Shown here: piece by piece, positions 1-10,242 of the stretch | Layout of the letters: each line of letters starts with the position of its first letter | Numbering within the stretch: the first letter of the stretch is position 1 | Assembly (NCBI GenBank): GCA_963664815.2 | Contig: CAXXHB010000003.1 | Span: 1,632,001-1,696,000, forward strand | Origin: Spirochaetota bacterium | Lineage (GTDB): Bacteria; Spirochaetota; UBA4802; UBA5550 | Direction: 5' to 3' | Length of the DNA: 64,000 bases | Notes under the pieces: model-generated | Databases searched by the model: none | What the model was told of the DNA's origin: nothing | The model's input: the letters and a program-made list of their open reading frames with translations, nothing else | Translations under genes and position numbers: made by a program

Positions 1-2
1 TC

Positions 3-788
3 CAGGTCGGCATTGACGAAAATAATAAATTTAAAATGGAAGGATGCTATATATACTCATCGGAGAATGAGAAACCGGCGGTCAGAAATAATTTTCTTTA
101 TCTGCTGCGTGATGGGATGGCAAGGAGCCTGTCAACACTGAATTCCGGAAAGATCGGGTGGAGTAGTGATTCTGTAAATTTCAGAGAGATAGATCTTAAA
201 ATAGTTCCAGATATTATATTCAGTCCAGGTAAGAGCAGACCGGAGATAGCAGATAAGACTATCGGGTTTTCTGAAAAAACGCCTTTTTTTATAAACGGGA
301 GGGATCCCTCTTCTTATATATACAATAACCGGTTTTTCTTTGATTCATGCACGGGAATAACTCCATGGAATCATTATGAAAACATGCATTCATTTATACA
401 GTATACAGGAACAATGGGTATAGAATATGAAATAGATTACCGGAGTGACAAAGAATTGAGGATAAAAAATGTTATTGAATCCGCAGCACCATTGACTGCA
501 CAGGAAAATGACTACCCCGGGGTCAGGTTAAGAACGGATTGGAGCAGCAGTCTCTATGGTATGATAACAGATATTCTTTGTTCGGACGGGGAATATCTTT
601 ACTGTTCATGCACAAACAGCAGGGATGAAATTGCGCGGATATCATTTAAAGATGGTTCCTTGTCAATGATCCGAATGAGCAAAAAAGACCTTTCTGAAAA
701 AAATTCAAATGCTCTCGGTTCTGCGGAGCCGTTTGGATGGCGTCTGAAGAATAACAGGATATTTTATTTAAAGAGCGGCAGATTATGA
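3..788 (+). CDS. Hypothetical protein, 5'-truncated by the window edge
   Basis: Frame is open from base 3 (QVGIDENNKFK) upstream of the ATG at 36. Its stop overlaps the next ATG (ATGA 785-788). Confidence 0.7.
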   Translation, partial: QVGIDENNKFKMEGCYIYSSENEKPAVRNNFLYLLRDGMARSLSTLNSGKIGWSSDSVNFREIDLKIVPDIIFSPGKSRPEIADKTIGFSEKTPFFINGRDPSSYIYNNRFFFDSCTGITPWNHYENMHSFIQYTGTMGIEYEIDYRSDKELRIKNVIESAAPLTAQENDYPGVRLRTDWSSSLYGMITDILCSDGEYLYCSCTNSRDEIARISFKDGSLSMIRMSKKDLSEKNSNALGSAEPFGWRLKNNRIFYLKSGRL

Positions 789-1753
789 ATGTAAAAGAAA
801 TGGCAGCCTTCTTTATACCATCAATACTCACTATTGCAGTATTGATGTATCTGCATGATACCGGTACGGCATGCTGGATTGTTTTTCTGGTGTCTTCGTT
901 TTTTACTCTTGTTATGCTGAAGATGATATATGATGATGACTCCAGCTTTCTTCGTTTATCGGTCTTTGCCGGTTTTCTTTTTTTTAATCTTTCTTCAGAA
1001 TATTTCGTTATGCTTGATCCTGACAGGATACTTGTTTTTACATCGGTAATATTTTTTATGGTTCAGTTTATCCTTATATCTTTATCAGTTCTCAGACATG
1101 ATTATAAGGAGATGGAGACACATCGTGAAGCGGTCAGGAATATCATTGATAAACCTGTGAAAACTGTTGATCAGGGTTCTATTCCTGAACCTGAACTTTT
1201 TTTTATTCATATCCCCGGTTCTGCGTTGCTGATACTGATATTTCTTGTTATAGGGGGGGTGAGCACAACACCTCTGAGAATTATTGCAGGAAATATTGTT
1301 TACATTTATATATTCCGTTTTACCGGAAAAATGGATGGTTCATCAGAATTCTATACTTACGGGAAAATGATTCCCGCCGCCGGTTTATACCTGATGTTAT
1401 TTCTAGTGTCATATTTTATTTTTTTCACTACAGGCCTGGCAATCTCCGGTTCGGATAATACAATAGTTCATATAATCGTCATTCTTCTATCATCCTTCAT
1501 TTCAGCTCTGACATGCGCATTTGTTAATTATATTTCAGTGCGTTTTTCCGGCGGGGATGGTATGCTAAAGCTTATAATTAATCATGCGATTGCCATTTCA
1601 TTTATTATAGCTATACCGGTTCTAAAGGATTTGTTGTTCTTTGAATTTAAACTGTTATGGATATTGTCATTTATCCCGTTTCTGGTTTTATGCGGTTATA
1701 TTGCAGACCATATTGTAAAATCCAGACAGGAAAAAAAATCTGTATCTGAATAG
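785..1753 (+). CDS. Polytopic membrane protein, unknown function
   Basis: 322 aa with about 8-9 hydrophobic segments; translationally coupled to the upstream ORF. Confidence 0.75.
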   Translation: MNVKEMAAFFIPSILTIAVLMYLHDTGTACWIVFLVSSFFTLVMLKMIYDDDSSFLRLSVFAGFLFFNLSSEYFVMLDPDRILVFTSVIFFMVQFILISLSVLRHDYKEMETHREAVRNIIDKPVKTVDQGSIPEPELFFIHIPGSALLILIFLVIGGVSTTPLRIIAGNIVYIYIFRFTGKMDGSSEFYTYGKMIPAAGLYLMLFLVSYFIFFTTGLAISGSDNTIVHIIVILLSSFISALTCAFVNYISVRFSGGDGMLKLIINHAIAISFIIAIPVLKDLLFFEFKLLWILSFIPFLVLCGYIADHIVKSRQEKKSVSE

Positions 1754-1786
1754 CATATTTGAATTTTAAGATAGGAGGGATATTTA

Positions 1787-2992
1787 GTGGAAGAATTTAT
1801 CGGTGTTATAGTGGGAGGTATAATAATTCTGCTGCTTGCACAACAATTTCTGGCTTGGCTTCTGGCTTTTTCCGCCGCCAGGTTTGTTATTTTTCTGGTT
1901 CTCTCCACTGGTCCTGCAATCGTTTCACTGTGGAATCAGGGAGGGATCAGTAAAATTCCAAGAAAACCATGGTATATGATTGAAATAATAGTTTATGCTT
2001 TACTTGTTGTAAAATGGGTTTCCGGCAGTATTGATTTCAGTAAAAGCTATACGGGGAACCTTATATTTTTTCTTCTTTTCTTTTTACTTTTTCATCTGGT
2101 TATAATAATTATAAGTGATAAAAAAAATAAAGATTATTTACAGTTGTATGCGGCTGTTTCTCCATTTTTTATGACTGGCGTATCTGTAATTTTTTTTGGG
2201 GTAGGTGAGTATAAAGATATATTCAGTAATGAAGTGACCGTTGAAAGAGTTTTATTAATAGTACTGGTACCTCTTGCTATATCACTTGTACTTTTTAGTA
2301 TTTTTCTTGCATTGAAGTTTTTTGTAATGAAGATTATTAAATTTACCAGAATAGTTTTTTCTTTTATTTTTAAAAAGATACCCCTACCGCCTTCAGAACA
2401 ATGGGAATCAGGCATGAATATACCACCAGAGAAGATAGTAAGGATATCACCGCAGTTCATTTTAATCAGTTCAGTTTTTTTCCTTATTTTGTTATCATTT
2501 TTTGTTTTTAATCCGGTATCTTTTCTTTTTAATAAATATATAAACCGCAGCGATGAATGGCTTATATATAACGATTATTCTATTACTCCTGTGACCATGG
2601 CTTCTCTGGGAAATTTTAAAATTCCCCGTACAGTGAAAAATAAGGTTTTGAAGGTTTTACCGCAGAAACAGGCAAAGCCGGATAATTTAAACAGTCTTTC
2701 GGATGACTTCGATATAAAAGATAAAAGGGCCGTTAAACCCCTTAATGAACTGACAAAAAAATATAAAAAAGATAAACATACAGGCCTTAAAGTTGATAAA
2801 AATACAGATTTTTTAAAGATGTTTGATCAGTATGGAAAGAAAAAGAGTTCCGGTATAGATAATAAAAGCCTGGATGACATCCTGAAGATGCGTAATAAAC
2901 TCATAAATCCTGAAGTGAAATGGGAAAATATAAATAAATTAAAATATAATAAACTGAAGATAAGTGAAGATGATCTATCCAAACCGCTATAA
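1787..2992 (+). CDS. Polytopic membrane protein with Lys-rich soluble C-terminal tail
   Basis: GTG start after an AGGAGG RBS; about 7 TM segments, then a hydrophilic tail. Confidence 0.75.
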   Translation: MEEFIGVIVGGIIILLLAQQFLAWLLAFSAARFVIFLVLSTGPAIVSLWNQGGISKIPRKPWYMIEIIVYALLVVKWVSGSIDFSKSYTGNLIFFLLFFLLFHLVIIIISDKKNKDYLQLYAAVSPFFMTGVSVIFFGVGEYKDIFSNEVTVERVLLIVLVPLAISLVLFSIFLALKFFVMKIIKFTRIVFSFIFKKIPLPPSEQWESGMNIPPEKIVRISPQFILISSVFFLILLSFFVFNPVSFLFNKYINRSDEWLIYNDYSITPVTMASLGNFKIPRTVKNKVLKVLPQKQAKPDNLNSLSDDFDIKDKRAVKPLNELTKKYKKDKHTGLKVDKNTDFLKMFDQYGKKKSSGIDNKSLDDILKMRNKLINPEVKWENINKLKYNKLKISEDDLSKPL

Positions 2993-3602
2993 CAGCTTTG
3001 AAAATTCCAGGCTCAATGTGGCGTCTATTATTCACGGCTCTATGTGCAACGGACCCGGACCGCATACTGTGATACATCTCCAGGGGTGCAGGTTCAGATG
3101 TGAAGGCTGCTTTAACGCTGAACTTCAGCGGGAAACCGTGGTAAAACTTATTCATCCCGATGAGATAGTACGGAATTTTCAATCTTATTCCGGGAATTTG
3201 TCCGGGGTTGTGATTAGCGGTGGAGAACCGCTTCTTCAGCCGGTCGGGGTAGGACTTCTTCTTTCAGGTCTGAAGAATGCCGGATTACGGACAGTTCTAT
3301 ATTCCGGTTACAATATAGAAGAGATAATTTTTAACGGCCTGTATGATATGGTAAAAATGGCAGATCTGCTTATATGCGGCAGGTATGTTAAGGGTCTGGA
3401 AATTGAAAGTTTTCCATATACATCGGGCAAGGCTATGATGTTTTTTTCTTCTGCTTATTCTCAGGAAGAGTTTGAGGCAATGGACTGGTCAAAAAAATAT
3501 GAGATACGTATTACGCCTGAAGGAGCAGTGTTTCTCGGATTTCCGCCTGCTGCGGAGATTGAAAATATGCGGAAACTGTTCGGTTCAGGATTGATGGAAT
3601 AG
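2964..3602 (+). CDS. Radical SAM protein, NrdG/activase-like 4Fe-4S single-cluster family
   Basis: NGPG...LQGCRFRCEGCFN (CxxxCxxC), ISGGEPLLQ, YSGY and DLLICGRY motifs. Confidence 0.85.
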   Translation: MKMIYPNRYNSFENSRLNVASIIHGSMCNGPGPHTVIHLQGCRFRCEGCFNAELQRETVVKLIHPDEIVRNFQSYSGNLSGVVISGGEPLLQPVGVGLLLSGLKNAGLRTVLYSGYNIEEIIFNGLYDMVKMADLLICGRYVKGLEIESFPYTSGKAMMFFSSAYSQEEFEAMDWSKKYEIRITPEGAVFLGFPPAAEIENMRKLFGSGLME

Positions 3603-3639
3603 TAAAAGGCAGCATACAGGTACTGATGCTGCCTTTTAC
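3602..3639. terminator. Bidirectional intrinsic terminator
   Basis: Perfect 14-bp inverted repeat GTAAAAGGCAGCAT / ATGCTGCCTTTTAC between convergent genes. Confidence 0.8.
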
Positions 3640-3661
3640 CGGATCCGCATACTTTAACATC

Positions 3662-3976
3662 TTAGCGGATTGAGGGGACAATTCTGACTTCAAGAATAAC
3701 TTTGTACCCGTCTTTTTCAAGAGATACCTGATCTCCGGAAGCCGTGAAATAACCTGAAAGAACTGTACCGTTATATTTATATATCCCGAAACCTGATACA
3801 GGGCGGCAGGACATAAAATTTCCGGTATAACTGGCTCCGTTTGAAAACTCGACTGTCTGTTCACCGTCTTTACAGTTAAGGGCTGCTGATCCGTATGTAA
3901 TGCTTTTATAGCTATCAGCAAAGAGAAGACCGGAACATACCATAACAGATGCCAGAACTAGAAATAATTTTTTCAT
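3662..3976 (-). CDS. Small secreted protein with a MORN-like repeat
   Basis: GGAGG RBS before ATG 3976; signal peptide MKKLFLVLASVMVCSGLLFA; FSNGASYTGNF...GFGIYKY. Confidence 0.75.
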   Translation of the reverse strand: MKKLFLVLASVMVCSGLLFADSYKSITYGSAALNCKDGEQTVEFSNGASYTGNFMSCRPVSGFGIYKYNGTVLSGYFTASGDQVSLEKDGYKVILEVRIVPSIR

Positions 3977-4175
3977 AATATCCTCCAAATTTTTTGTTTA
4001 TACCGGAACAGACGAAATTCATGGAATTTTTTTATAGAATTTTGGAAATTTTTTAAACTGTGTAATTTTTTTTGGGATTACCGGGTTTATTTTGTCTTTT
4101 TCAGTAAAGGGATGCAGCATAAATATATGTTTAACATACGAAGTAAATTTAATAGTTCAAAAGAAGTAGAATATT

Positions 4176-4697
4176 ATGAATAATCCTGGGAAAGGAATTA
4201 TCTATTTAGCGAGACTTGTAATTTTTATACCAGCTACTGTGTCTGTAATAGGGGCTATCTACTCAGGATTCAATTTAATTATGAATTTTATCTTCGGACT
4301 TAATCCGGTATGGACATTTTTTATTGTATTACTTACAGGATCTTTTGTGATGACTCTTTTTAAAAATCTGTCATTTTTAATTACTACTTACACTGCAAAG
4401 ATCAGCCCGTCTCCGCTTTTCGGATCGGCAGTAACCGGGATTGCGGCTGTGGGAGCATGCGGATATACAATCTACCTTATATGGAATATGTTTCCTAAAA
4501 TCGGATTTTTTGAAGTTGCAGGTACAGTGATATACTTAGGGTTTACAAGGGTAATTCCTGCAGGTGTGGTTGTACCTATTTCCTCAGGAGATGATAGGAG
4601 AAACAAAAGTTCTTTTGTTTCTCCTATTACAGCATTAGTGAAAACAGTATTTTTCATCTTGTTACCGGGCCACATCTCGAGTCAGAACATGAGGTAG
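4176..4697 (+). CDS. Membrane protein, 3' end uncertain
   Basis: About 4 hydrophobic segments; the 3' end overlaps the convergent ORFs. Confidence 0.55.
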   Translation: MNNPGKGIIYLARLVIFIPATVSVIGAIYSGFNLIMNFIFGLNPVWTFFIVLLTGSFVMTLFKNLSFLITTYTAKISPSPLFGSAVTGIAAVGACGYTIYLIWNMFPKIGFFEVAGTVIYLGFTRVIPAGVVVPISSGDDRRNKSSFVSPITALVKTVFFILLPGHISSQNMR

Positions 4698-5007
4698 GAG
4701 GAATTTCACCTGCCCTGTAAACACACCGGCATTTTCCTATCGAAGTATCAGGTATTCTGTTATTAATTCTTTCAAATGATTGTTCTGCATCATAACTATT
4801 TTTTAATCCCTGAATTGCTTTAAGCGAGTCATTAAATGATTTGCTATCACTTGATGAGAAATGAAAATTGTTATCGTAAGATTGATCATTTTTTTTCTCT
4901 GAGCAGCCTGATACCAATAATCCTGCAGCACCTGCCATCAGAATAGCAATACCGATTATTCGAAGAAAATTAAGACGTACTTTAAATTGATTAAACGGTT
5001 TTGTCAT
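4654..5007 (-). CDS. Small lipoprotein with Cys-rich C-terminus
   Basis: GGAGG RBS; lipobox-like LLVSG-C; C-terminal CRC...SC...RC. Confidence 0.65.
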   Translation of the reverse strand: MTKPFNQFKVRLNFLRIIGIAILMAGAAGLLVSGCSEKKNDQSYDNNFHFSSSDSKSFNDSLKAIQGLKNSYDAEQSFERINNRIPDTSIGKCRCVYRAGEIPPTSCSDSRCGPVTR

Positions 5008-5144
5008 TTTATATCCTCCATTTATTGTTAATTTTTATTTAATAGACGAAATAATTGTATTTTATTTTAAAATTTTTTTAAAAAAACCTGTAATTGACTT
5101 TTTAAAGGATGTATGCAATTACTGAAGTTAAGTACGAATTATCT

Positions 5145-5185
5145 GTCTAATACATATAACAAATCTGATCAAATATGTATTAGAC
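5145..5185 (-). terminator. Stem-loop at the 3' end of the SPFH paralog
   Basis: Perfect 13-bp inverted repeat GTCTAATACATAT / ATATGTATTAGAC, 8 nt past the TAG at 5194-5196. Confidence 0.6.
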
Positions 5186-5193
5186 GATTTACA

Positions 5194-6228
5194 CTATTTA
5201 TTCCCTGGTTTAATTTTATCCAGTACTGATGAAACTTCAGAACTAATGAATGATACAACAGGCAATATGTTGTTTTTATCATAATCCCCGGCAAATATTG
5301 TTATTTTTGAATTTTGTATAGAATCTGCAATATTTTTTGTAACCTGAGTCAAAGCTTTGATATAGTGATATTCTTTCTCAGAATCATATTGAGAGCGTTT
5401 TTTTTAAAATTCTGAATCAATAATTATTTTTGCTGTTTCTGCTTTATGTATTTCCAGATCTTTATTTTTTTCTTCAAATTTTCTTAATTCTTCATTATGA
5501 CTGATTTCATATTTTATTTTCTGATTTTTTTGGATCTGTTCGTTGCTCATGGTTTTCATAATCAGGTTATGATCAATATCAGTGAGAATTTCATCCTGCC
5601 TTTTTTTCTCCTGTTCTAACTCCAGTGTCTGAGCGAGTAGATTTCTTTCTTTATTTAGATTAGTCAGCCCGATGATCTCTTCCCGTTTAATAATTTCTTT
5701 TTCCTCATTTAGTTTAAGATTCTGTATTTCCTCAGCAGCTTTCATTTTTATAATATCCGGATCTTCCGGGTAAACTTGATCAAGATGAACTTCCAATTTG
5801 AGCCAGAATTCACTATATATTGACGATAAGGATTCGGTGATTTTTAAAGCAATTTCAATTCTTTTCTGATTACAATAATCAAAGCTGAGACGTGAACAAT
5901 GATCTCTTACATTCTCATAAACATCGTTCATGAGCTGTTCTATAATTTTTTCATGAACCAGCGTATTATTCTCAATATAAAGATTAACGGCTTGAATGGG
6001 ATCAATAACGCGGTAAACAACATGCCCTTTGAAACGGGTAGAAATAAAGTCGTAAGTTTCATGCAGAAATTTATAAACTACACCCTGCTGATTAGAGTCG
6101 ACGATTACATAATTCCCAAAATTTAAAAATGCAGATGCACCTCTTCCTTTATTAATAAATTTCATTTTTTTATTATCCCAACACAGCAACCATTGGTTAA
6201 TTTCGGTCTTTATAAAAATATTTTTCAT
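5194..6228 (-). pseudogene. SPFH/flotillin-like protein interrupted by one in-frame TAA (5404-5406)
   Basis: N-terminal band-7-like domain (GHVVYRVIDPIQAV) plus coiled coil. The same frame continues 69 codons past the TAA, and that tail resembles the C-terminus of the 9006-10076 paralog. Confidence 0.7.
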
Positions 6229-6325
6229 GTATACTCCTCTTTTTACAGTTTTAATTATAAATTTTCATTGAGCTCTTTTAATCTCTGGCCGGGTAATTAA
6301 GGGCTGCCGAGATACAACCCGGGTA

Positions 6326-8719
6326 TCATCTTCTCAAAACTTTACAGGCATCACTGTTTCCATTATTACATGACTTTATGGCATATAATCTTGCCTGAGA
6401 AATATTTTTTTCAATGCCGATTCCATTCGCATAATGAATTGCAAGATTCCAGCAGCCGAATGGATCATTTTTACGGCAGGCAATCTTAAAGTTATAAATT
6501 GCCTTCTGAGAATTTAATTTAATCTTTTTGCCGTCCGAATACATTACACCTAATCTATTACACGCTGTTGCATAACCATTGCTACAGGCAATGTTAAATA
6601 GATCCTCTGATTTTTTATAATCTGATTCTGTTCCATTTTCGTCAGAATACGTAATAGCAAGATTGATACAACCCCATGGATCATCATTTTGACATGCTTT
6701 AGTATAATAACTAATCGCCTTTTTTATATCGGCTGGCGCTCCTTCACCGCTCTGATAAATCATTCCTGCACCGTTGCATGCTATACCTGATCCCTTACTG
6801 CAATATGTTTCAAACAAGTTTAATGACTTTGCAGGATCTTTAATAACAATATTTCCTTTTCTGTACATTTCTGCAATATTGATACAACCCGATTCACTGC
6901 CATGACCGCATGTTTCATGAAAAAGACTATAAGCCTGTTGTTTATTACCGACTTCTAAATAAACATTTGCTAAAAAATTCTTAGTCATGTCAGATGAAGA
7001 GTTTATTTTAACTGCTTTTTTAAGATCAGCAATTGCAGATTTATAATTTTTCAGTATTATATAAGCTTTTGCTCTTCCCCGGAGAATGGACTCATCGGTC
7101 AATCCATTATTTATTTGTTTATTAAGCCATTCAATAGCTTTCCCTGCATAAAATTTCTGCGCTTTATTATCATATGCCTGTTCCTCAGCAAGGACTAACA
7201 ATCTGTTGACAATATCATAATGGCAAGAACCCTCCATGTTTTCTCTTACTGAGTTCCATCGCACAGAATACAGCCCACTTTCTTTATAAAAACAGCCCAT
7301 TATTCTATTCTTTAAACGATATAATGACGAATATACGCTGTAAAGTTGAGATGATTCATCTTCCCGTGTTATTCCATTTTCTAACACATAGATCAGTTCG
7401 TACAGTTGTTCACGATATTTTTTTGCTTTTAAAACATCTCCTGTAGCTGTTGAGAAATTCCATAAAAGATATGAGAGATAAAATTTATTATCTCTGTCAA
7501 GAGGCCTTTCTTGTATTTTATTCTCTAATATTGCGAGTGTTGTTTTTATTTCATCTGAATACCGTTTTGATTGATTTATGTATGTGTCCCATAAAATTGT
7601 ATATTTTTTCCGTTTCAGATAATTAACACGGATGTTATTGACACCCGCAACGGAGATGGAATTACTTTTTATAATTTTAAAGAACGAAAGCACTTCACCA
7701 TATTCTATTACTTTTTCTAATACTGGTTCATCTTTTACGTATTCATTGAAGTTTGCCGACATGTGCTGAGTTGCCCTTGCTACGGCTGGCCAGGAATCTT
7801 CAGGATTTCGGGAAGTAAATGTTATGCCCAGTAGTGATTCTTTATTAAAAGTGTTAAAAAATATTTTAATATCATGACTGCCCGGTTTAATGTTGTTCCC
7901 GTTTTTATTTATATTGAAATTGATATCACCAATTTGAAGAAACAGACGGACGTTCTGCATCCTTAATTGACGTTCCACTATGCGTTTTATATCAGGAAAA
8001 GAACCTTCTTTAATTCTAGAGAGATCATATAAAAATGGATTCTCATAGTTTTTTATTTTAGTATTCATAATATTTAAATCGGTTGTATAGCCATAAGCTA
8101 TGGCACCGAGAAGGGTATCAGCCAACGAAAGATTGACCGCTACAATATTATCCGGCTCCAACCCGGAGAAACTATCTTGGCTTGTAGCCCCAAAATGGTC
8201 AAAGCCATCGCCGTTAAATATGGAATCCCAGATAACTGCAATTTCCTCCCTGTTTATTGTTGGTTTATAAATATATTTACCATTGATTAGAAATGAATTA
8301 TGGTCATTATTATAACTTACTGTTTTAATATCATTACTAAATTTTCCAAATCCTGTAAGTAAAATTCCTCCAGGCATTTTCCCGAATTGCTGTTGAGTAT
8401 TATTAATTTGTTTTTTATCAGTTGAAATTTCAGATTTATATTTTCCAGGATCATTTCCAACGGATTCCCTGCGCCGTACCTGGAATTTCATTATATCATC
8501 GGCTAATTGCCGGACATCAGAGGAGTATTCAGGCGTACGATATGCTTTTTCAGATGCCTGTTCAGCGTTTGGATTACTATCTTTATAGTCCCGCGCGTAC
8601 CGGTATGCCTCCCAGTAGCTTGACATCGGTGTTATCTTTTCCTGAGCTATTGCAGGCATTATTGTTGTAATTAATGATAATCCGATTATTAACGTAGTTT
8701 TAAAACTTAATGATTTCAT
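6326..8719 (-). CDS. Secreted protein with unknown N-terminal domain, TPR and Cys-rich Sel1-like repeats
   Basis: Signal peptide ending AIA-Q; TPR-like RAKAYIILKNYKSAIADLKKAVKIN; about five ACxxG/NxxxG/AC Sel1 repeats. Confidence 0.85.
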   Translation of the reverse strand: MKSLSFKTTLIIGLSLITTIMPAIAQEKITPMSSYWEAYRYARDYKDSNPNAEQASEKAYRTPEYSSDVRQLADDIMKFQVRRRESVGNDPGKYKSEISTDKKQINNTQQQFGKMPGGILLTGFGKFSNDIKTVSYNNDHNSFLINGKYIYKPTINREEIAVIWDSIFNGDGFDHFGATSQDSFSGLEPDNIVAVNLSLADTLLGAIAYGYTTDLNIMNTKIKNYENPFLYDLSRIKEGSFPDIKRIVERQLRMQNVRLFLQIGDINFNINKNGNNIKPGSHDIKIFFNTFNKESLLGITFTSRNPEDSWPAVARATQHMSANFNEYVKDEPVLEKVIEYGEVLSFFKIIKSNSISVAGVNNIRVNYLKRKKYTILWDTYINQSKRYSDEIKTTLAILENKIQERPLDRDNKFYLSYLLWNFSTATGDVLKAKKYREQLYELIYVLENGITREDESSQLYSVYSSLYRLKNRIMGCFYKESGLYSVRWNSVRENMEGSCHYDIVNRLLVLAEEQAYDNKAQKFYAGKAIEWLNKQINNGLTDESILRGRAKAYIILKNYKSAIADLKKAVKINSSSDMTKNFLANVYLEVGNKQQAYSLFHETCGHGSESGCINIAEMYRKGNIVIKDPAKSLNLFETYCSKGSGIACNGAGMIYQSGEGAPADIKKAISYYTKACQNDDPWGCINLAITYSDENGTESDYKKSEDLFNIACSNGYATACNRLGVMYSDGKKIKLNSQKAIYNFKIACRKNDPFGCWNLAIHYANGIGIEKNISQARLYAIKSCNNGNSDACKVLRR

Positions 8720-9005
8720 AAATCCTCCAAATGAATATTTTGCACCGGCAAATCATTAACCTGCCTTTTACAATTGATTTAAACCTGCGGATGAACGTGC
8801 CATCTGCAAATAAATGTGGTGTCAAAACAGAATAGACGAAAAATATTTTAAAACTGACTTAAATGATTTATATAAATGAAAAATTTTTTTTATTCTGTGA
8901 AATGATTTAATCTCGTCTGTGATTATAAAGTTCAGCATTAAAAGATTTAACAAGATAATCTAATTAAAAATTATTGTATCAAAATATAGAATTAAGGAGG
9001 AAAAT

Positions 9006-10076
9006 ATGAGTTACATAACAGCCAGAGAGAGAACCTTCGATTCTTTCTTTTTTGTAAGAGCACTGCCTAATGAATACCTGGTTCTGGTGGGGAGAAGGAA
9101 ACTTCAATATTCACTTGGCGGGACAGCATTGCGGACTTTCAGACGGCACCTTAAGGTTCCAGCTTCTGCTGAAATAACATCATTTGAACTTGAATGCAGT
9201 ACTTCTAACTATCTTGGGGTAATTGTATCCGGTTATGTTGCATGGAGAATTGACCCGGTCAATGTAGAGATTGCGATCCGGAGCCTGGATTTTTATAATA
9301 CGGAGAATCCCCTTGACAAGACTTCGGGGCTTATCCGCGATATGGCAAAAGATGCTGTGAGAAGAAGTATTGCTGAAATTAAAATTGACGAAATTCTGAA
9401 ATCAGGGGACAGGTTAAAAGCTTCTATTGAGGGGATACTAAAAGATGTTGAAAAATGGGGTCTGATAGTTGATACGATAGGCGTTAACCGGATTTTTATC
9501 AAAAGCGAAAATGTCTATAATGACCTTCAAATGCATGACAGAGACAAACTTCGATTGATATCTGAAACATCCAACCAGGAGACTACATCCAAAATACGCC
9601 AGAATAAACTGGAGCAGGAGAGGGATATCCGCATAGGGGAGAGCCTTCTTAAGGAGACAGAGATTCGTGAAGGGCTGAAACAAAAAAAGATGTTCGAAGA
9701 GGCGGAAATGGAAAAAATGCGTCTTTTTAAAGAGAAGGAAAAAGAAGAGCTGCGACTTTCACAGGAACTTGAGGAAGCGAGGTATAACTACCAGAAAGAA
9801 CGTATTGAACATGATGATTATCTGCAGGGGATAAGATACGGAATTGAGATGAAAAATCTAGATATAGCTGAAAGAAAACGGCAGGTTGAAGGGGGCCTTA
9901 GCGATAGGGAACTGGCAGAGCTGATGGCGGAAAAACTTGAAAATATTTCCGGGATGTTCAGCAAATCCAATCTCACGGTGTTAGGAAACAGCGCGGAAGC
10001 GATGGGATCAATTCTTGCACCAATACAAATGGCGGGGGAACTGATAAAAGATATGTTGAATAAAAGCAGGGCGTAG
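9006..10076 (+). CDS. SPFH (band 7)/flotillin-like protein with coiled coil
   Basis: AAGGAGG RBS; PNEYLV, GYVAWRIDP, VRRSIAEIKIDEIL, KWGLIVDTIGV, followed by an E/K/R-rich coil. Confidence 0.85.
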   Translation: MSYITARERTFDSFFFVRALPNEYLVLVGRRKLQYSLGGTALRTFRRHLKVPASAEITSFELECSTSNYLGVIVSGYVAWRIDPVNVEIAIRSLDFYNTENPLDKTSGLIRDMAKDAVRRSIAEIKIDEILKSGDRLKASIEGILKDVEKWGLIVDTIGVNRIFIKSENVYNDLQMHDRDKLRLISETSNQETTSKIRQNKLEQERDIRIGESLLKETEIREGLKQKKMFEEAEMEKMRLFKEKEKEELRLSQELEEARYNYQKERIEHDDYLQGIRYGIEMKNLDIAERKRQVEGGLSDRELAELMAEKLENISGMFSKSNLTVLGNSAEAMGSILAPIQMAGELIKDMLNKSRA

Positions 10077-10087
10077 AAAGAAATTTT

Positions 10088-10135
10088 AAATCCTGATTTT
10101 TTTCACAATTCGCAGAAAAAGATTAGGATTTTTTA
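10088..10135 (+). terminator. Probable intrinsic terminator
   Basis: AAATCCTGAT / ATTAGGATTT inverted repeat followed by a T-run, just after the stop codon. Confidence 0.5.
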
Positions 10136-10242
10136 TTATAAAAATATTTTCAGATAAAATTAATCTGTAATCGGAAGCAGCAGTATGGATATTTGTATTT
10201 TCAGTATAACGGAAGTTTTCTTAATATATAAAGTATATCTTT

